DNA of 64,000 nucleotides from an uncultured Verrucomicrobiae bacterium (GTDB taxonomy: Bacteria; Verrucomicrobiota; Verrucomicrobiia; Limisphaerales; UBA11358), in NCBI GenBank assembly GCA_963754775.1, contig CAVWHM010000023.1, positions 94,481 to 158,480 on the forward strand. Reading direction: 5' to 3'. This document shows positions 29,579 through 38,593 of the stretch, in pieces. Each line of letters starts with the position of its first letter. Position 1 is the first letter of the stretch. Under the pieces are notes generated by a model. The model was given only the letters and a program-made list of their open reading frames with translations. It was not told where the DNA came from and made no database searches. The translations under genes were made by a program, and so were the position numbers.

Positions 29579-31135
29579 CTAACGAACCTCCGACCGCGCC
29601 TCGAGGAATTTTTTTAATTCCATCGCCGCCTTGCCGCCAAACCCGGGCACTTCGGCGATTTGTTCCAGCGTCGCGGTTCGCAATCGTTGTACCGAGCCGA
29701 ATTTTTTCAGCAACGCCTGCTTGCGCCGTTCGCCGATGCCGGGGAATTCGTCCAGCACGCTTTCCGAAATCCGCTTGATGCGGAGCTGCGCGTTGTAGGA
29801 GTTGGCCACGCGATGACATTCGTCGCGAATCCGCTGGAGCAATTTAACCGCCGGATGATCGAGGCCGGGCCGCAGCGGTTTGCTTTCGCGAGGCTGGTAA
29901 ATTTCCTCGAACTCCTTCGCCAGCCCGATGACTGGAATTTTTTCGAGGCCGAGCTTTTTCAATTCCGCGCACGCGGCATTCAACTGGCCTTTGCCGCCGT
30001 CAATCAGAATCAGGTCAGGCAATGTAGCGCAGGCGTCCCGCCTGCTTCCCGCCCAAGTTTCCCCACCCGGCTTTGGCAGGCGGGACGCCTGCGCTACATT
30101 TACTTCGCGCAAAAACCTTGAATACCGTCGCTTTACAACCTCCGCCATGCTCGCAAAGTCATCCTGCCCCTCGACGGTTTTGATTTTAAACCGGCGATAA
30201 TTCACGCGGTCGGGCCGGCCGTTTTTGAAGCTGACCAGCGACGCCACGGCGAACGTGCCGCTGATGTTGGAAATGTCGAAGCCTTCAATCCTTTGCGGCG
30301 GGTTTGGCAAATCGAGCACTCTTGCCAGTTCGGCCAAATCGTTTTCCGGGTTGATGGAAAAAGGCAGCGTGTAAGGCACGCGCTCGAATTTCCGTTCCTT
30401 CTTCGTTGTTTCCCCCAGGTCGCGGAGGAGGTCGCGCAAGTCGGCGGCTGTTTCGAAATCCTGCGCGCCGGCGGCCTTTTTCATCCGGGCTTCGAGCTGT
30501 TCCTTCATTTCGTGGCACTGGCCTTCGAGGAAATCACACGCGGCGCCGACCTGTTCCAGATATTGTTTGCGAGTGACGTTGCCAATGCACGGCGCGGTGC
30601 AGTGTTTCAGATGCGCGTAGAGACAATGTTTGTAGTCGCTTTCACCCGGTGTGAATGCGCGGCAGCCGCGCAGATTGAATTGCCGCCGGACGAGCGCCAG
30701 CGTGTTGCGCAGCGCGCCCGAATTCGAGAACGGCCCGAAGTAACGCGCGCCGTCGTCCTTCCGGAGCCGGGTGAACGTGAAATTCGGGATCGGGTCGTTT
30801 AGATTCACCTTGAGCATCAGAAATCGCTTGTCGTCGCGGAAACTGACGTTGTAACGCGGATGAAATTCCTTGATGAGCTTGCCTTCGAGCAGGAACGCCT
30901 CCGGTTCGCTGCGGACGACGTGAAAATCGAAATCGTAAATCGCCTCGACGAGCGCATTGAACTTCAAGTCCCAGCCCAGGCGGCGCGACGGATGGAAATA
31001 CTGGCTGACGCGTTTGCGCAGGTCGCGCGCCTTGCCGACGTAGATGACCGTGCCGAACCGGTCGCGCATGAGATAGACGCCCGGCTTGTGCGGCAGCGTG
31101 CTGACTTTTTTGCGGATGGCTTCGGTCGCAGGCAC
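29579..31135 (-). CDS. uvrC: excinuclease ABC subunit C, carrying an 81-nt in-frame palindromic insert
   Basis: GIY-YIG (PGVYLMRDRFGTVIYVGKARDLRKRVSQY), a UVR-like helix pair, the PDLILIDGGKGQL endonuclease region and a C-terminal (HhH)2 (FPGIGERRKQALLKKFGS...VPGFGGKAA). Confidence 0.85.
   Translation of the reverse strand: MPATEAIRKKVSTLPHKPGVYLMRDRFGTVIYVGKARDLRKRVSQYFHPSRRLGWDLKFNALVEAIYDFDFHVVRSEPEAFLLEGKLIKEFHPRYNVSFRDDKRFLMLKVNLNDPIPNFTFTRLRKDDGARYFGPFSNSGALRNTLALVRRQFNLRGCRAFTPGESDYKHCLYAHLKHCTAPCIGNVTRKQYLEQVGAACDFLEGQCHEMKEQLEARMKKAAGAQDFETAADLRDLLRDLGETTKKERKFERVPYTLPFSINPENDLAELARVLDLPNPPQRIEGFDISNISGTFAVASLVSFKNGRPDRVNYRRFKIKTVEGQDDFASMAEVVKRRYSRFLREVNVAQASRLPKPGGETWAGSRRDACATLPDLILIDGGKGQLNAACAELKKLGLEKIPVIGLAKEFEEIYQPRESKPLRPGLDHPAVKLLQRIRDECHRVANSYNAQLRIKRISESVLDEFPGIGERRKQALLKKFGSVQRLRTATLEQIAEVPGFGGKAAMELKKFLEARSEVR
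30021..30100. repeat. perfect 25-bp inverted repeat with 30-nt spacer inside uvrC
   Basis: aatgtagcgcaggcgtcccgcctgc (30021-30045) is the exact reverse complement of gcaggcgggacgcctgcgctacatt (30076-30100). It translates as NVAQASRLPKPGGETWAGSRRDACATL directly before the conserved PDLILIDGG. Confidence 0.85.
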
Positions 31136-31248
31136 ACCTGAATTTCATGCAAAGCCGGCAAGGCGCAAAGGAATTTTAACCGGAAATTTTCGCTTGCGCG
31201 CCGAAAAGAATCCGCGTATTGAGCAGCAAACCCAACGAAAGGAAACCT

Positions 31249-31653
31249 ATGGCAGACACCCAAAATCCACCGCCCGCCCAACCATCGCAACCCGCAACCC
31301 TCACGCCGCCTCCGGCGACCGGCGGCGAAGACAAAACGGTCGCAATCATAGCCTACCTCACGTTGATTGGGTTCATTGTGGCCATCGTCGTTCACATGAA
31401 CAAAAAGACGAAGCTGGGCGCGTTTCATCTCCGCCAGATGCTCGGTTTTTTACTGACCGGCATCGCCGTCGTGTTTTGTGAAATCATTCTCATCTTTATT
31501 CCCATCCTCGGTTGGCTGTGCATTGTAGCTCTATGGCTTTCGATGCTGGTGCTTTGGATTCTGGGACTGGTCGCGGCCATCAACGGCCAGATGAAACCCA
31601 TGCCGGTGGTCGGGCCGCTCTACCAGAAATGGTTCGGCACCACCTTTGACTGA
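31249..31653 (+). CDS. small 3-4 TM membrane protein (DUF4870-like)
   Basis: Pro-rich N-terminus, then AIIAYLTLIGFIVAIVVH...HLRQMLGFLL... hydrophobic segments. Family assignment is from memory and uncertain. Confidence 0.5.
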   Translation: MADTQNPPPAQPSQPATLTPPPATGGEDKTVAIIAYLTLIGFIVAIVVHMNKKTKLGAFHLRQMLGFLLTGIAVVFCEIILIFIPILGWLCIVALWLSMLVLWILGLVAAINGQMKPMPVVGPLYQKWFGTTFD

Positions 31654-31768
31654 TTGGCGGCACCCTGGGATTTGCGCAGTTCGAGCCGCGCACAAATAAA
31701 TCGTGCCCGCAGCTTTCAGGCTGCGCGCGGACGGATTCGTTGGGTCGGACGCAACCTGAAGGTTGCGG

Positions 31769-32422
31769 TTACACCTTCTTTCGCAAATGCCGGTGGACGA
31801 AGAAATAATAAAGTCCGCCGAGCACGAGCGCCGCGCCGCCGACCCAAAATACGACGCGGTGCATTTCACCTTTGGTGATGTCGGCGCCGATGTTGATGCC
31901 GAGCCAGCACAACACCGAACACCAGATCGTTGCGCCGAGCACCGTGAACAGGGAAAATAACCTGTAATCCATCCGCGCGATGCCGGTGGGGATGCCGACG
32001 AGTTGCCGCGCCCCCGGCAGCAGCCGCGCGACGAACACGCCCATCGAACCGTAGTGCGACATCCAGCGTTCGGCTTTTTCCAGTTTCTCTGGCGGAAACA
32101 AAACGAGCCGGCCATAACGCAAAGTGAGGGGCCGGCCGGCGTACCGCGCCAGCCAATACATGATCGTCGCGCCCAGCCACGAGCCGAACGCGCCGGTAAC
32201 GACGATGCCGATTTGCGCCGGCCAGCCGGACAAATGGAACTGGAAAAGATTCAAGCCGTCTCCCGACCACGCCAGATGCGCTGCGGGTGGAATGATGACC
32301 TCGCTCGGCAGCGGCAGAAAGGAGCTTTCCATCGTCATCAACAACACGATGAGCGGATAACCGCCGGTTTTGAGCGCGCCGAGGTACCACGTGATAATGG
32401 GTTTGAAAAAGGAATTGAGCAT
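31769..32422 (-). CDS. DedA/SNARE-associated family membrane protein
   Basis: ESSFLPLPSEVIIPPAA...GSWLGATIMYWLARYAGRP...ARLLPGARQLVGIPTGIARM. Confidence 0.8.
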   Translation of the reverse strand: MLNSFFKPIITWYLGALKTGGYPLIVLLMTMESSFLPLPSEVIIPPAAHLAWSGDGLNLFQFHLSGWPAQIGIVVTGAFGSWLGATIMYWLARYAGRPLTLRYGRLVLFPPEKLEKAERWMSHYGSMGVFVARLLPGARQLVGIPTGIARMDYRLFSLFTVLGATIWCSVLCWLGINIGADITKGEMHRVVFWVGGAALVLGGLYYFFVHRHLRKKV

Positions 32423-32513
32423 CGGGCTTTAAAAAATGAATCCGCTAATTACGCGAATTGGCGCGAATTGGAAAGTTGAATAAAAATTAGCGGTCATTCG
32501 CGAAATTCGCGGA

Positions 32514-33458
32514 TCAGGCTTTCAGGAAAAACCGCCGCTGTTTTTCGCTGATGGGCATCCCCAGTTTCTCCATCACTTGCAGCATGTCTTCCCAGACCTT
32601 GCGTTTCTCGCTCATGGCCTGGTTGCGCAGCAGATACGCCGGATGATACGTGGGCATGAGCGGGATGCCGCGATACGTCTTCCAGGTGCCGCGCAGTTTG
32701 GTGATGCCGATGGTCTTGCCCAGCAACCCTTCCACCGCCGTCGCGCCGAGGGCGACGATGACTTTGGGCCGGATCAAATCAATCTGCTCGTGCAGATACG
32801 GAATGCACGTGGCCATTTCGTCGCTCGTCGGTTTGCGGTTGCCGGCGGATTGGCCGGGCGTGTCCGGACGGCACTTCAAAATGTTGCCGATGTAAACGTC
32901 CGCGCGTTGCAGTCCCGTGGCCTGGATGATTTTCGTCAACAACTGGCCGGCCTTGCCGACGAACGGTTCGCCCTGCTCGTCTTCGTCCGCGCCCGGCGCC
33001 TCACCGATGAACATGAGTTGCGCGTCAATGCTTCCGACTCCAAACGCAACATTTTTGCGCGACGATGCCAGGTGCGGGCATTTAACGCAGGCCAGCGCCC
33101 GTTCGCGCAAGGCGGCGAACGCCGCAGCCTTCGCCTGCGGATCCAGCGGCGGGCTTTGAGTGGGAAGCCTTTCGCCCGGCAGCGTGAGCAGGTTCGCCTG
33201 CTCGGCGGCAGGCTGAGGAGCGCCGGTCTCCGACCCGGCGCGTTTGGGGAGTTCCGTTTGCGCCGGGCCGGAGGCCGGCGCTCCACTCGCGGGAGACTTG
33301 AAATTCGCGATTTGAGGTTTTCCCGCAACCGGCTGCGTCAGGGCACGGAGCGTTTCCGGCAAAACGGCGACGTGGCGCACGCCGCGCGATTTCAAATCTT
33401 CCAGATGTTGAATCGTCGCGTCGATCAGTTGTTCATAGGCGCCGGCCATGGGTGTCAT
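32514..33458 (-). CDS. family-4 uracil-DNA glycosylase with N-terminal extension
   Basis: CVKCPHL, FIGEAPGADEDEQGEPFVGKAGQLL and HPAYLLRN motifs. I place the start at MTPMAG (33458). Confidence 0.8.
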   Translation of the reverse strand: MTPMAGAYEQLIDATIQHLEDLKSRGVRHVAVLPETLRALTQPVAGKPQIANFKSPASGAPASGPAQTELPKRAGSETGAPQPAAEQANLLTLPGERLPTQSPPLDPQAKAAAFAALRERALACVKCPHLASSRKNVAFGVGSIDAQLMFIGEAPGADEDEQGEPFVGKAGQLLTKIIQATGLQRADVYIGNILKCRPDTPGQSAGNRKPTSDEMATCIPYLHEQIDLIRPKVIVALGATAVEGLLGKTIGITKLRGTWKTYRGIPLMPTYHPAYLLRNQAMSEKRKVWEDMLQVMEKLGMPISEKQRRFFLKA

Positions 33459-33493
33459 CGTAGCCCATGGCGCGGCGGCTGCACGAAAATTAT

Positions 33494-33599
33494 CCGGCGC
33501 GTCCGGCAGAACCCTGCCCGGCTCCCTCCGATTTGGTGCAATCCAAGGCTTGTTTCTTGTCGTCCTGATGTGCTGTGTTAATGTTCGTCCCCGACGACC
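33494..33599. repeat. leader of paralog P1: decayed copy of the tRNA-Arg 3' half plus flank
   Basis: ggcgcgtccggcag (33496-33509) is identical to the tRNA 3' end at 61563-61576 and 42082-42095. The rest aligns with the P2/P3 leaders (...ccctccgatttggtgcaatccaaggcttgtttcttgtcgtc...gttcgtccccgacgaccATG). Confidence 0.6.
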
Positions 33600-35690
33600 A
33601 TGAACTTGCGCAACAGCAAAGACTGGATGGCGCACTTTAAATTCAGTTCCCTCCGGACAAGGCTTCTGAATTGCCGCCGTGCGATGGGCAATGCCTTTGG
33701 CGCTTCCGCGGGCGGGACAAAACGGCGGCTTTTGTTTTTTGAGCTGTTCGTGGCGCTTTCACTGGGCGTGACCTACTACTTCCTCGTTGAAAATTTTGCC
33801 ATTGGCAGCCCGAACAACTATACCAACGGCTGGGTATTCACGTCGTGTTCGTTTCCGGGTTTTCATCTGGACAAACTCGGCGATGTCTGGAAAGGGCGGT
33901 TGTCGGGTCTGTTGTTGTCTGGCTGGCTGTTTGATTCCCTGGTTAAAGACAACAAGTTCGGCATTGAACAGTACGAAAGCCTTTTCGGGTTATATCAAAG
34001 TTTGTGGCTGTTTCTGTTGTTCCTGGCCGTCATTTTTGCCTTGCGCCATTCGCTGTTCATCAACCTTGGCATCTTCGCGGGGTTGATGTATGGTTTTACG
34101 CCCGCCTCCGGTCTGTATTTTTATCCGTGGGACCTGCCCGCCACGTTGTTCTTTACACTGGCCGTCCTGTTTTTCGAGCGCCGGCAAATGTGGCTGATGG
34201 CCGCGGCGATTTGCGCCGGGTGTTTCTTCAAGGAAACCGTCCTGGTCTGCGCCTTGCTGGTGCTGTTTGCCAGTCCCTGGAAATGGGGGAAGCGGGTGCT
34301 GGCCTTTGCCGGCATCGTCGCGGTGTATCTGCTGGGAAAGAAATTCCTATTGAGCCAGTTGCACTTCCACGTGGCCGCCTTTTCCATGAACAATGCGACG
34401 AGTCTGACCGGGTTGTTCCGGCCTGCGCTGCTGATTGACAATTTCAAAGCTCTCTTGTCGCCGACTCTCAACCACGCCATTTTTGTCAACGCGGGTACCC
34501 TGGTGGCGGTCCTGGCGCTGGGTTGGCGCAGACGGTTTCTGCCGTACATGGCGGTGATTGTCGTTTATCTGGGAGGACAATTTATGTATGGGGGGCTCAA
34601 TGAATTTAGAATTTTCATGCAGATCCTGCCCTTGAGCCTGATTATGTTGAGTGAGCGGTGGCAGGAATATGCGGGGTCAGGTGCGGCGGAGGCGTTGCCT
34701 GCGGGTTCTGCCCCGGCCTGGGCGTTGCGCGAAACGTTTCCGGTTCTTATGCCGCTGACGATTGTGTTGATCGGCCTGTCCACCGGCATCGCCGCCTGGC
34801 GCTATTATGACATCTGTGAAAACCTCCGGCTCGACGGCCGGGAGCCGTCTGAACTGGGCCGGCGCACTGTTGAACCGGAGGGGCACGTCAGTAATCTCAA
34901 TGTCGAGTATCAAGAATTACGCAGCGAGTATGTCAAAGATGAATTGGAACTGGCCAGGGTTTCTATTGATAACCAGCACCCTTCAGACGCAATAAATCAC
35001 TACGAACGGGTTCTCGAACAGGATACAAATTCAGTGGCCGCGATGAGCGGACTCGCCTGGTTGCGCGCCACAGCTTCCGACCTGCGCCTGCGCAACAACG
35101 GCGAGGCGCTGCGGCTGGCTGAACGGGCCTGTCAACTGACTCAAAACAAGGAAGCCTCTCTGGTCGGAATCCTGGCCGTCGCCTACGCTGAAGCCGGACG
35201 CCTCAGCAATGCAGTTGTCACCGCCCCAAAAGCCCACGCGCTGGCCCTGGCACAGGGGCAAAAAGATGTGTACGTCGAGGCCGAATTGGACCTGGCCAAG
35301 GGCTCCATTGATAACCAGCAGCCTTCAGATGCCATCAATCACTACCAACGGGTTCTCGCGGTGGATGCAGATTCAGTCGCCGCGATGAGCAGTCTCGCCT
35401 GGTTGCGAGCCACAGCTTCCGACCCGCGCCTGCGCAACGGCGACGAGGCGGTGCGGCTGGCTGAGCGGGCTTGTCAACTGACTCAAAGCAAGGAGGCCTC
35501 ACAGGTCGGAATCGCGGCTGCCGCCTACGCTGAAGCCGGACGCCTCAACGATGCTGTTGCCACCGCCCAAAAGGCCTATGCGCTGGCCCTGGCCCAGGGC
35601 CAAAAAGATGTTGCCACAAGAACTGAACAGTTGCTGAAATTGTATAAATCCGGGCAGCCTTACCACCAGGAAGCCAGGCCGGCCCCTTGA
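33600..35690 (+). CDS. paralog P1: uncharacterised polytopic membrane domain (about 400 aa) plus C-terminal TPR region (with internal 114-aa duplication)
   Basis: 696-aa intact ORF with conserved blocks LFLLFLAVIFALRHSLFINLGIFAGL, YFYPWDLPATLFFTLAVLFFERRQMWLMAAAICAGCFFKETVL and GGLNEFRIFMQILPLSLIMLSERW. The TPR tail ends in LLKLYKSGQPYHQEARPAP. Confidence 0.7.
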   Translation: MNLRNSKDWMAHFKFSSLRTRLLNCRRAMGNAFGASAGGTKRRLLFFELFVALSLGVTYYFLVENFAIGSPNNYTNGWVFTSCSFPGFHLDKLGDVWKGRLSGLLLSGWLFDSLVKDNKFGIEQYESLFGLYQSLWLFLLFLAVIFALRHSLFINLGIFAGLMYGFTPASGLYFYPWDLPATLFFTLAVLFFERRQMWLMAAAICAGCFFKETVLVCALLVLFASPWKWGKRVLAFAGIVAVYLLGKKFLLSQLHFHVAAFSMNNATSLTGLFRPALLIDNFKALLSPTLNHAIFVNAGTLVAVLALGWRRRFLPYMAVIVVYLGGQFMYGGLNEFRIFMQILPLSLIMLSERWQEYAGSGAAEALPAGSAPAWALRETFPVLMPLTIVLIGLSTGIAAWRYYDICENLRLDGREPSELGRRTVEPEGHVSNLNVEYQELRSEYVKDELELARVSIDNQHPSDAINHYERVLEQDTNSVAAMSGLAWLRATASDLRLRNNGEALRLAERACQLTQNKEASLVGILAVAYAEAGRLSNAVVTAPKAHALALAQGQKDVYVEAELDLAKGSIDNQQPSDAINHYQRVLAVDADSVAAMSSLAWLRATASDPRLRNGDEAVRLAERACQLTQSKEASQVGIAAAAYAEAGRLNDAVATAQKAYALALAQGQKDVATRTEQLLKLYKSGQPYHQEARPAP

Positions 35691-35718
35691 AACGCAAGCC
35701 AAGCAACCAGGAACTCTT

Positions 35719-36480
35719 ATGAATGAACCCGCGCGCAAAAATGATTTGAAGCTCTTATCCGTCGTCATGCCGGCGCGGGACGAGGAGGGTTGCATCGCCT
35801 CAACGGTTGAGCATCTGCATTTGGAGTTAAGCCTGCAAAAGGTTCCACACGAAATCGTGGTCGTGGACGATGGCAGCACGGATTCGACCTGGAAGATTTT
35901 GTGCGATTTGACCCGGAAAATTCCCGAGCTTGCGCCCATGCAAAATACCGGCTTGCACGGTTTTGGGCGCGCCATCATTGAGGGATTGAACCAGATGAAG
36001 GGCGACGCCGTCGTCATTATGATGGCCGACGAATCGGATGATTGCCGCGACGTGGTGCGTTACTGGAAATTGCTGAACGACGGCTGGGATTGTGTGTTCG
36101 GCAGCCGGTTCATCAAGGGCGGCGGAACGATTGATTATCCGCCGGTAAAACACGTCGTGAACCGGCTGGCAAATTTTTTCATCAAGGTGCTGTTCCACAT
36201 CCCGTTCAATGACACGACCAACGCGTTCAAGGCTTACCGGCGCGAAGTCATTGATGGCTGCCGTCCGCTGATCGCCCCGCACTTCAACCTCACCGTCGAA
36301 CTGCCGCTCAAGGCCATCGTGCGCGGCTTCACCTGGACGACGATGCCCGTCACCTGGAAAAACCGGCGCGCGGGCATGGCCAAATTGAAGATCAAGGAGA
36401 TGGGCAGCCGCTATTTCTTCATCTGTTGCTACGTCTGGCTGGAAAAGTATTTCAGCCGCGGTGATTACCGGAAAAAGTAG
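35719..36480 (+). CDS. family-2 glycosyltransferase (polyprenol-phosphate sugar transferase-like, DPM1/GtrB type)
   Basis: LSVVMPARDEEGCI, VVVDDGSTDST, MADESDD (DxD-like) and NAFKAYRREV. At 253 aa it is a soluble-size GT-A. Confidence 0.75.
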   Translation: MNEPARKNDLKLLSVVMPARDEEGCIASTVEHLHLELSLQKVPHEIVVVDDGSTDSTWKILCDLTRKIPELAPMQNTGLHGFGRAIIEGLNQMKGDAVVIMMADESDDCRDVVRYWKLLNDGWDCVFGSRFIKGGGTIDYPPVKHVVNRLANFFIKVLFHIPFNDTTNAFKAYRREVIDGCRPLIAPHFNLTVELPLKAIVRGFTWTTMPVTWKNRRAGMAKLKIKEMGSRYFFICCYVWLEKYFSRGDYRKK

Positions 36481-36605
36481 CCGGCGTTTCCCGCGAAAGA
36501 GCGGAAGTTTGAGAAGGTGATTCGGGCGGCGCGTGAGCACGTCCCGCCTTATTCGAAAAGTGGGCATTTCGATAATGCCGTCGCCAGCACCTCAAAAGCC
36601 GCTTA

Positions 36606-36716
36606 AAAATCCGACGCGTCCGGCGGAAACCAAACCTGCCGCCTCCCGATGTGGAGCAATCGAAGGCTTTTTCTTGTCGTCACTGTGCGCAGTGCTAAAG
36701 TTCATCCCCAACGACC
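36606..36716. repeat. leader of paralog P2 (decayed tRNA-Arg 3'-half-like repeat plus conserved 5' region)
   Basis: atccgacgcgtccggcggaaaccaaacctgccgcctcccgatgtggagcaatcgaaggctttttcttgtcgtcactgtg...ttcatccccaacgaccATG. It is nearly identical to 38485-38593. Confidence 0.65.
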
Positions 36717-38462
36717 ATGAATTTGCGCAACGGCGCAAGCTGGCTGGCGAACTTGAAACTCAATTCCCTCAAGACAAGGCTTCTGAGTGGCTGGGGCGCA
36801 CTAGGCGGCGTCTTTGGCCGCCGGAATGGCGGTTCATCATCGCTGCTGCTGTTTTTTGAGTTGTTCATGGTGCTTTCACTGAGCGTGTCCTACTTCTTCT
36901 TGGTCAGGACCTACATCACCCGTGGCGATCCTATGAACCGCTACGTGTTCACCGCAGGTTCGGAAAAGTTTTACTCACTGGACCTACCAACAATAAATGA
37001 CGCCTGGAAGGGTCGCCTGTCGGGCTTGTTGTTTTCCGGCGCGATGATTGATTTTGCAGTCAGGGAACACACCGTTACCAAAGAACAAATAGAGCGAGGC
37101 AATAATGTTTTTGGATTGTACCATGCTTTCTGGCTGCTGCTGTTGTTCCTTGCCGTCATTTTCGCCCTGCGCCATTCGCTGTTCATCAACCTCGGCATCT
37201 TCGCCGGACTGGTGTATAATTTTTCGCCCGCCGCCGGTCCGTATTTTTATCCGTGGGACCTCCCAGCCACGTTGTTTTTCACGCTGGCCGTCCTTTTTTT
37301 CGAGCGCCGGCAAATGTTCCTGATGGCGGCGGCGATTTGCGTCGGGTGTTTTTTCAAGGAAACGGTTCTGGCCTGTGCGGTGCTGGCGTTGTTCGCCAGT
37401 CATTGGAAGTGGTGGAAACGGGTTCTACTGTTTGCCGTTCTCGTCGCGGCGTATGTGGCGGGGAAAAATTTTCTGTTGAGCCAGTTGTCCCTCAACGTGT
37501 TTAGCTTTTCAATGGGGTATGCGTCGAATTTTGTTGAGTTGTTTCGGCATACGTTTCTCATTTACAACCTGAAGGTGCTGTTCTCGGCGACCATCAATCA
37601 TGTCATTTTTGCCAACGCTGGAACTTTGGTAGTGGTTCTTGTACTGGGCTGGCGCATGCGTTTTCTCCCCTACATGACGCTGATCTTCGTGTTCCTTGGT
37701 GGACAGCTCATCTACGGCGGGTTCAATGAATTTCGCATTTTCATGGACATCCTGCCCTTGAGCCTGATCCTGTTGAGCGAGCGGTGGCTGGAACATAGCG
37801 GGTCAGTTCCGGTCGGCGATGGATCTGCCGGATTTGCCCCGGCCTGGGCGGTGCGCAAAACTTTTCCAGTTCTGTTCCCGATGACCATCGTGTTGATTGT
37901 GCTCTCCATTGGAGTTGTGGCCCGGCAGTATTATATCATCTTCGAAGACCTCCAGCCTGCTCACCAAGCGCGGTCTGAACTCGGCAAATACAACATCGAA
38001 CTCCAACCAGGCGTCACTGATCCGGAATTGTTGCGAAAGGGGTATGCCGATGCCGAATTGGAACTGGCGAGTATTTCTGTGAGCAACCAGCAGCTTTCAG
38101 ACGCCATCAACCACTACCGCCGGGTGCTTGAATTGGACACGAATTCGGTCCCTGCCTTGAATAATCTTGCCTGGCTGCTGGCCACGGCTTCCGACCCTCA
38201 GTTGCGCAATGGCAAAGAGGCGGTACGCTTAGCCGAACGGGCTTGTCAATCAACTCAATATAAGCAGGCTTTTCTCATCAGAACCCTGGCCGCCGCTTAT
38301 GCCGAAGCCGGACGATTCGACGATGCCGTCGCCACTGCCCAAAAAGCCCGCACGCTGGCGCTGGCACAGGGACAGAAGGAGATTGCGGCACAAAACGAAC
38401 AGTTGCTGGAACTGTATAAATCCGGCCGGGCTTATCATCATGAGGCCAAGCTTGCCCCGTAA
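36717..38462 (+). CDS. paralog P2 of the membrane + TPR protein
   Basis: 581-aa intact ORF, collinear with P1 (same conserved blocks). Its tail is LLELYKSGRAYHHEAKLAP. Confidence 0.7.
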   Translation: MNLRNGASWLANLKLNSLKTRLLSGWGALGGVFGRRNGGSSSLLLFFELFMVLSLSVSYFFLVRTYITRGDPMNRYVFTAGSEKFYSLDLPTINDAWKGRLSGLLFSGAMIDFAVREHTVTKEQIERGNNVFGLYHAFWLLLLFLAVIFALRHSLFINLGIFAGLVYNFSPAAGPYFYPWDLPATLFFTLAVLFFERRQMFLMAAAICVGCFFKETVLACAVLALFASHWKWWKRVLLFAVLVAAYVAGKNFLLSQLSLNVFSFSMGYASNFVELFRHTFLIYNLKVLFSATINHVIFANAGTLVVVLVLGWRMRFLPYMTLIFVFLGGQLIYGGFNEFRIFMDILPLSLILLSERWLEHSGSVPVGDGSAGFAPAWAVRKTFPVLFPMTIVLIVLSIGVVARQYYIIFEDLQPAHQARSELGKYNIELQPGVTDPELLRKGYADAELELASISVSNQQLSDAINHYRRVLELDTNSVPALNNLAWLLATASDPQLRNGKEAVRLAERACQSTQYKQAFLIRTLAAAYAEAGRFDDAVATAQKARTLALAQGQKEIAAQNEQLLELYKSGRAYHHEAKLAP

Positions 38463-38484
38463 ACCGTCCCAATTGCCACGAGAA

Positions 38485-38593
38485 AATCCGACGCGTCCGG
38501 CGGAAACCAAACCCGCCACCTCCCGATGTGGAGCAATCGAAGGCTTTTTCTTGTCGTCACTGTGTGTGGTGCTAATGTTCATCCCCGACAACC
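38485..38593. repeat. leader of paralog P3 (decayed tRNA-Arg 3'-half-like repeat plus conserved 5' region)
   Basis: cgcgtccggc is identical to the tRNA 3' end. Over the next 33 nt I count 19 ungapped matches to the tRNA half. The following aatcgaaggctttttcttgtcgtc also parallels the sequence right of the 40394 repeat (aatcgagggtttgtttctccgcgt). Confidence 0.6.

Noticed and set aside
36533-36859. ORFs 36533..36859 and 38299..38694 spanning the conserved paralog leaders, as possible small conserved proteins
   Set aside because: Their conservation is explained by the recent duplication of the DNA unit. They overlap the P2 and P3 starts out of frame and have no protein-like features. A leader peptide cannot be excluded, but nothing supports one.
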